Shown here: piece by piece, positions 63,406 to 64,000 of the stretch
Layout: the number at the start of each line of letters is the position of its first letter
Numbering within the stretch: position 1 is the first letter of the stretch
Origin: Tubiluchus corallicola
Lineage: Eukaryota > Animalia > Priapulida
Length of the DNA stretch: 64,000 nt
Assembly: GCA_030141605.1 (NCBI GenBank)
Contig: JAQGDQ010000355.1
Coordinates: 1-64,000 of the forward strand
Direction of reading: 5' to 3'
Position numbers and translations under genes: made by a program
Notes under the pieces: generated by a model
The model's input: the letters and a program-made list of their open reading frames with translations, nothing else
The model's database searches: none
Told to the model about the DNA's origin: nothing

Positions 63406-64000
63406 TTAAGTATAAAATCTCGGCTAGCGCAAATCCAACTACGTGATCTGATATTAAAATGTAAAAGACGTCAGTGTCCTCTGTATAAACTGTAAAATAC
63501 AATTAAAGCACCTGCGGGGTGTTTTTGCATTCTCAATGACAGCAAGAAATTGCCGCATCAAAGTTAACAAAGAATTTCAACGACCCTGATCCACTAGCTG
63601 TCTCGCTCAGAGCCTTTTATAAGTATTTGATTCAACTTAGAACATTACAGTGCAATAAATAACATATACAGTTCAACTACTTCGACAGTTGAGTTCGAGA
63701 CACTGCAAGTTAAAATTCAGCAGGTTCTGTTATAACATAATAACAAATTTGCCCTCTGACAATGAAGATGTTACGCGACAGAAATGTCGTCTTCTTGCTG
63801 CCTTATTAGAAATTTTTCATTTTTAGCAAAGGTGTTAAGATACAATTGTTAAAACGTATTAAAAGCAACTCAATTAGATTAATTGAGATTATATGAGGCG
63901 AAACCGAAATCTGTTGTTATCAAGGCTGGAGAGCAGGATGAGTCGCTGAACCAGCACAGTTATCTTGGCCACGTTCGAATGTAAATATGTCCTTCCTCTA

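Overview
AT-rich, intron-containing animal (invertebrate-type) genomic DNA, with no prokaryotic or CRISPR content. I assembled four spliced protein-coding genes by hand from GT-AG sites and phase continuity. (1) The 3' ten exons of SND1/Tudor-SN (+, 3957-14264). (2) A probably complete JIP1/MAPK8IP1-2-type SH3+PTB scaffold (-, 40748 to 18906), convergent with SND1. (3) A three-exon CHST1/GlcNAc6ST-family Golgi sulfotransferase (+, 42215-51843), head-to-head with JIP. (4) The last four exons of a WSCD-type sulfotransferase (-, 57123 to 53993). The most notable structure is a rearranged duplicate of the CHST intron-2/exon-3/3'UTR block (about 47900-52055 copied to about 32885-39205). It lies antisense inside the predicted JIP intron 1, has lost its splice acceptor and PAPS-binding loop, and is split by a 1.3-kb TSD-flanked solo-LTR-like insert. 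A 427-bp RTE LINE with a 16-bp TSD may have interrupted the signal-anchor exon of the WSCD gene. The rest is satellites, microsatellites, nested MITEs (hAT-, piggyBac-, Kolobok- and pogo-type) and LINE remnants. Family assignments come from remembered motifs, not database searches.
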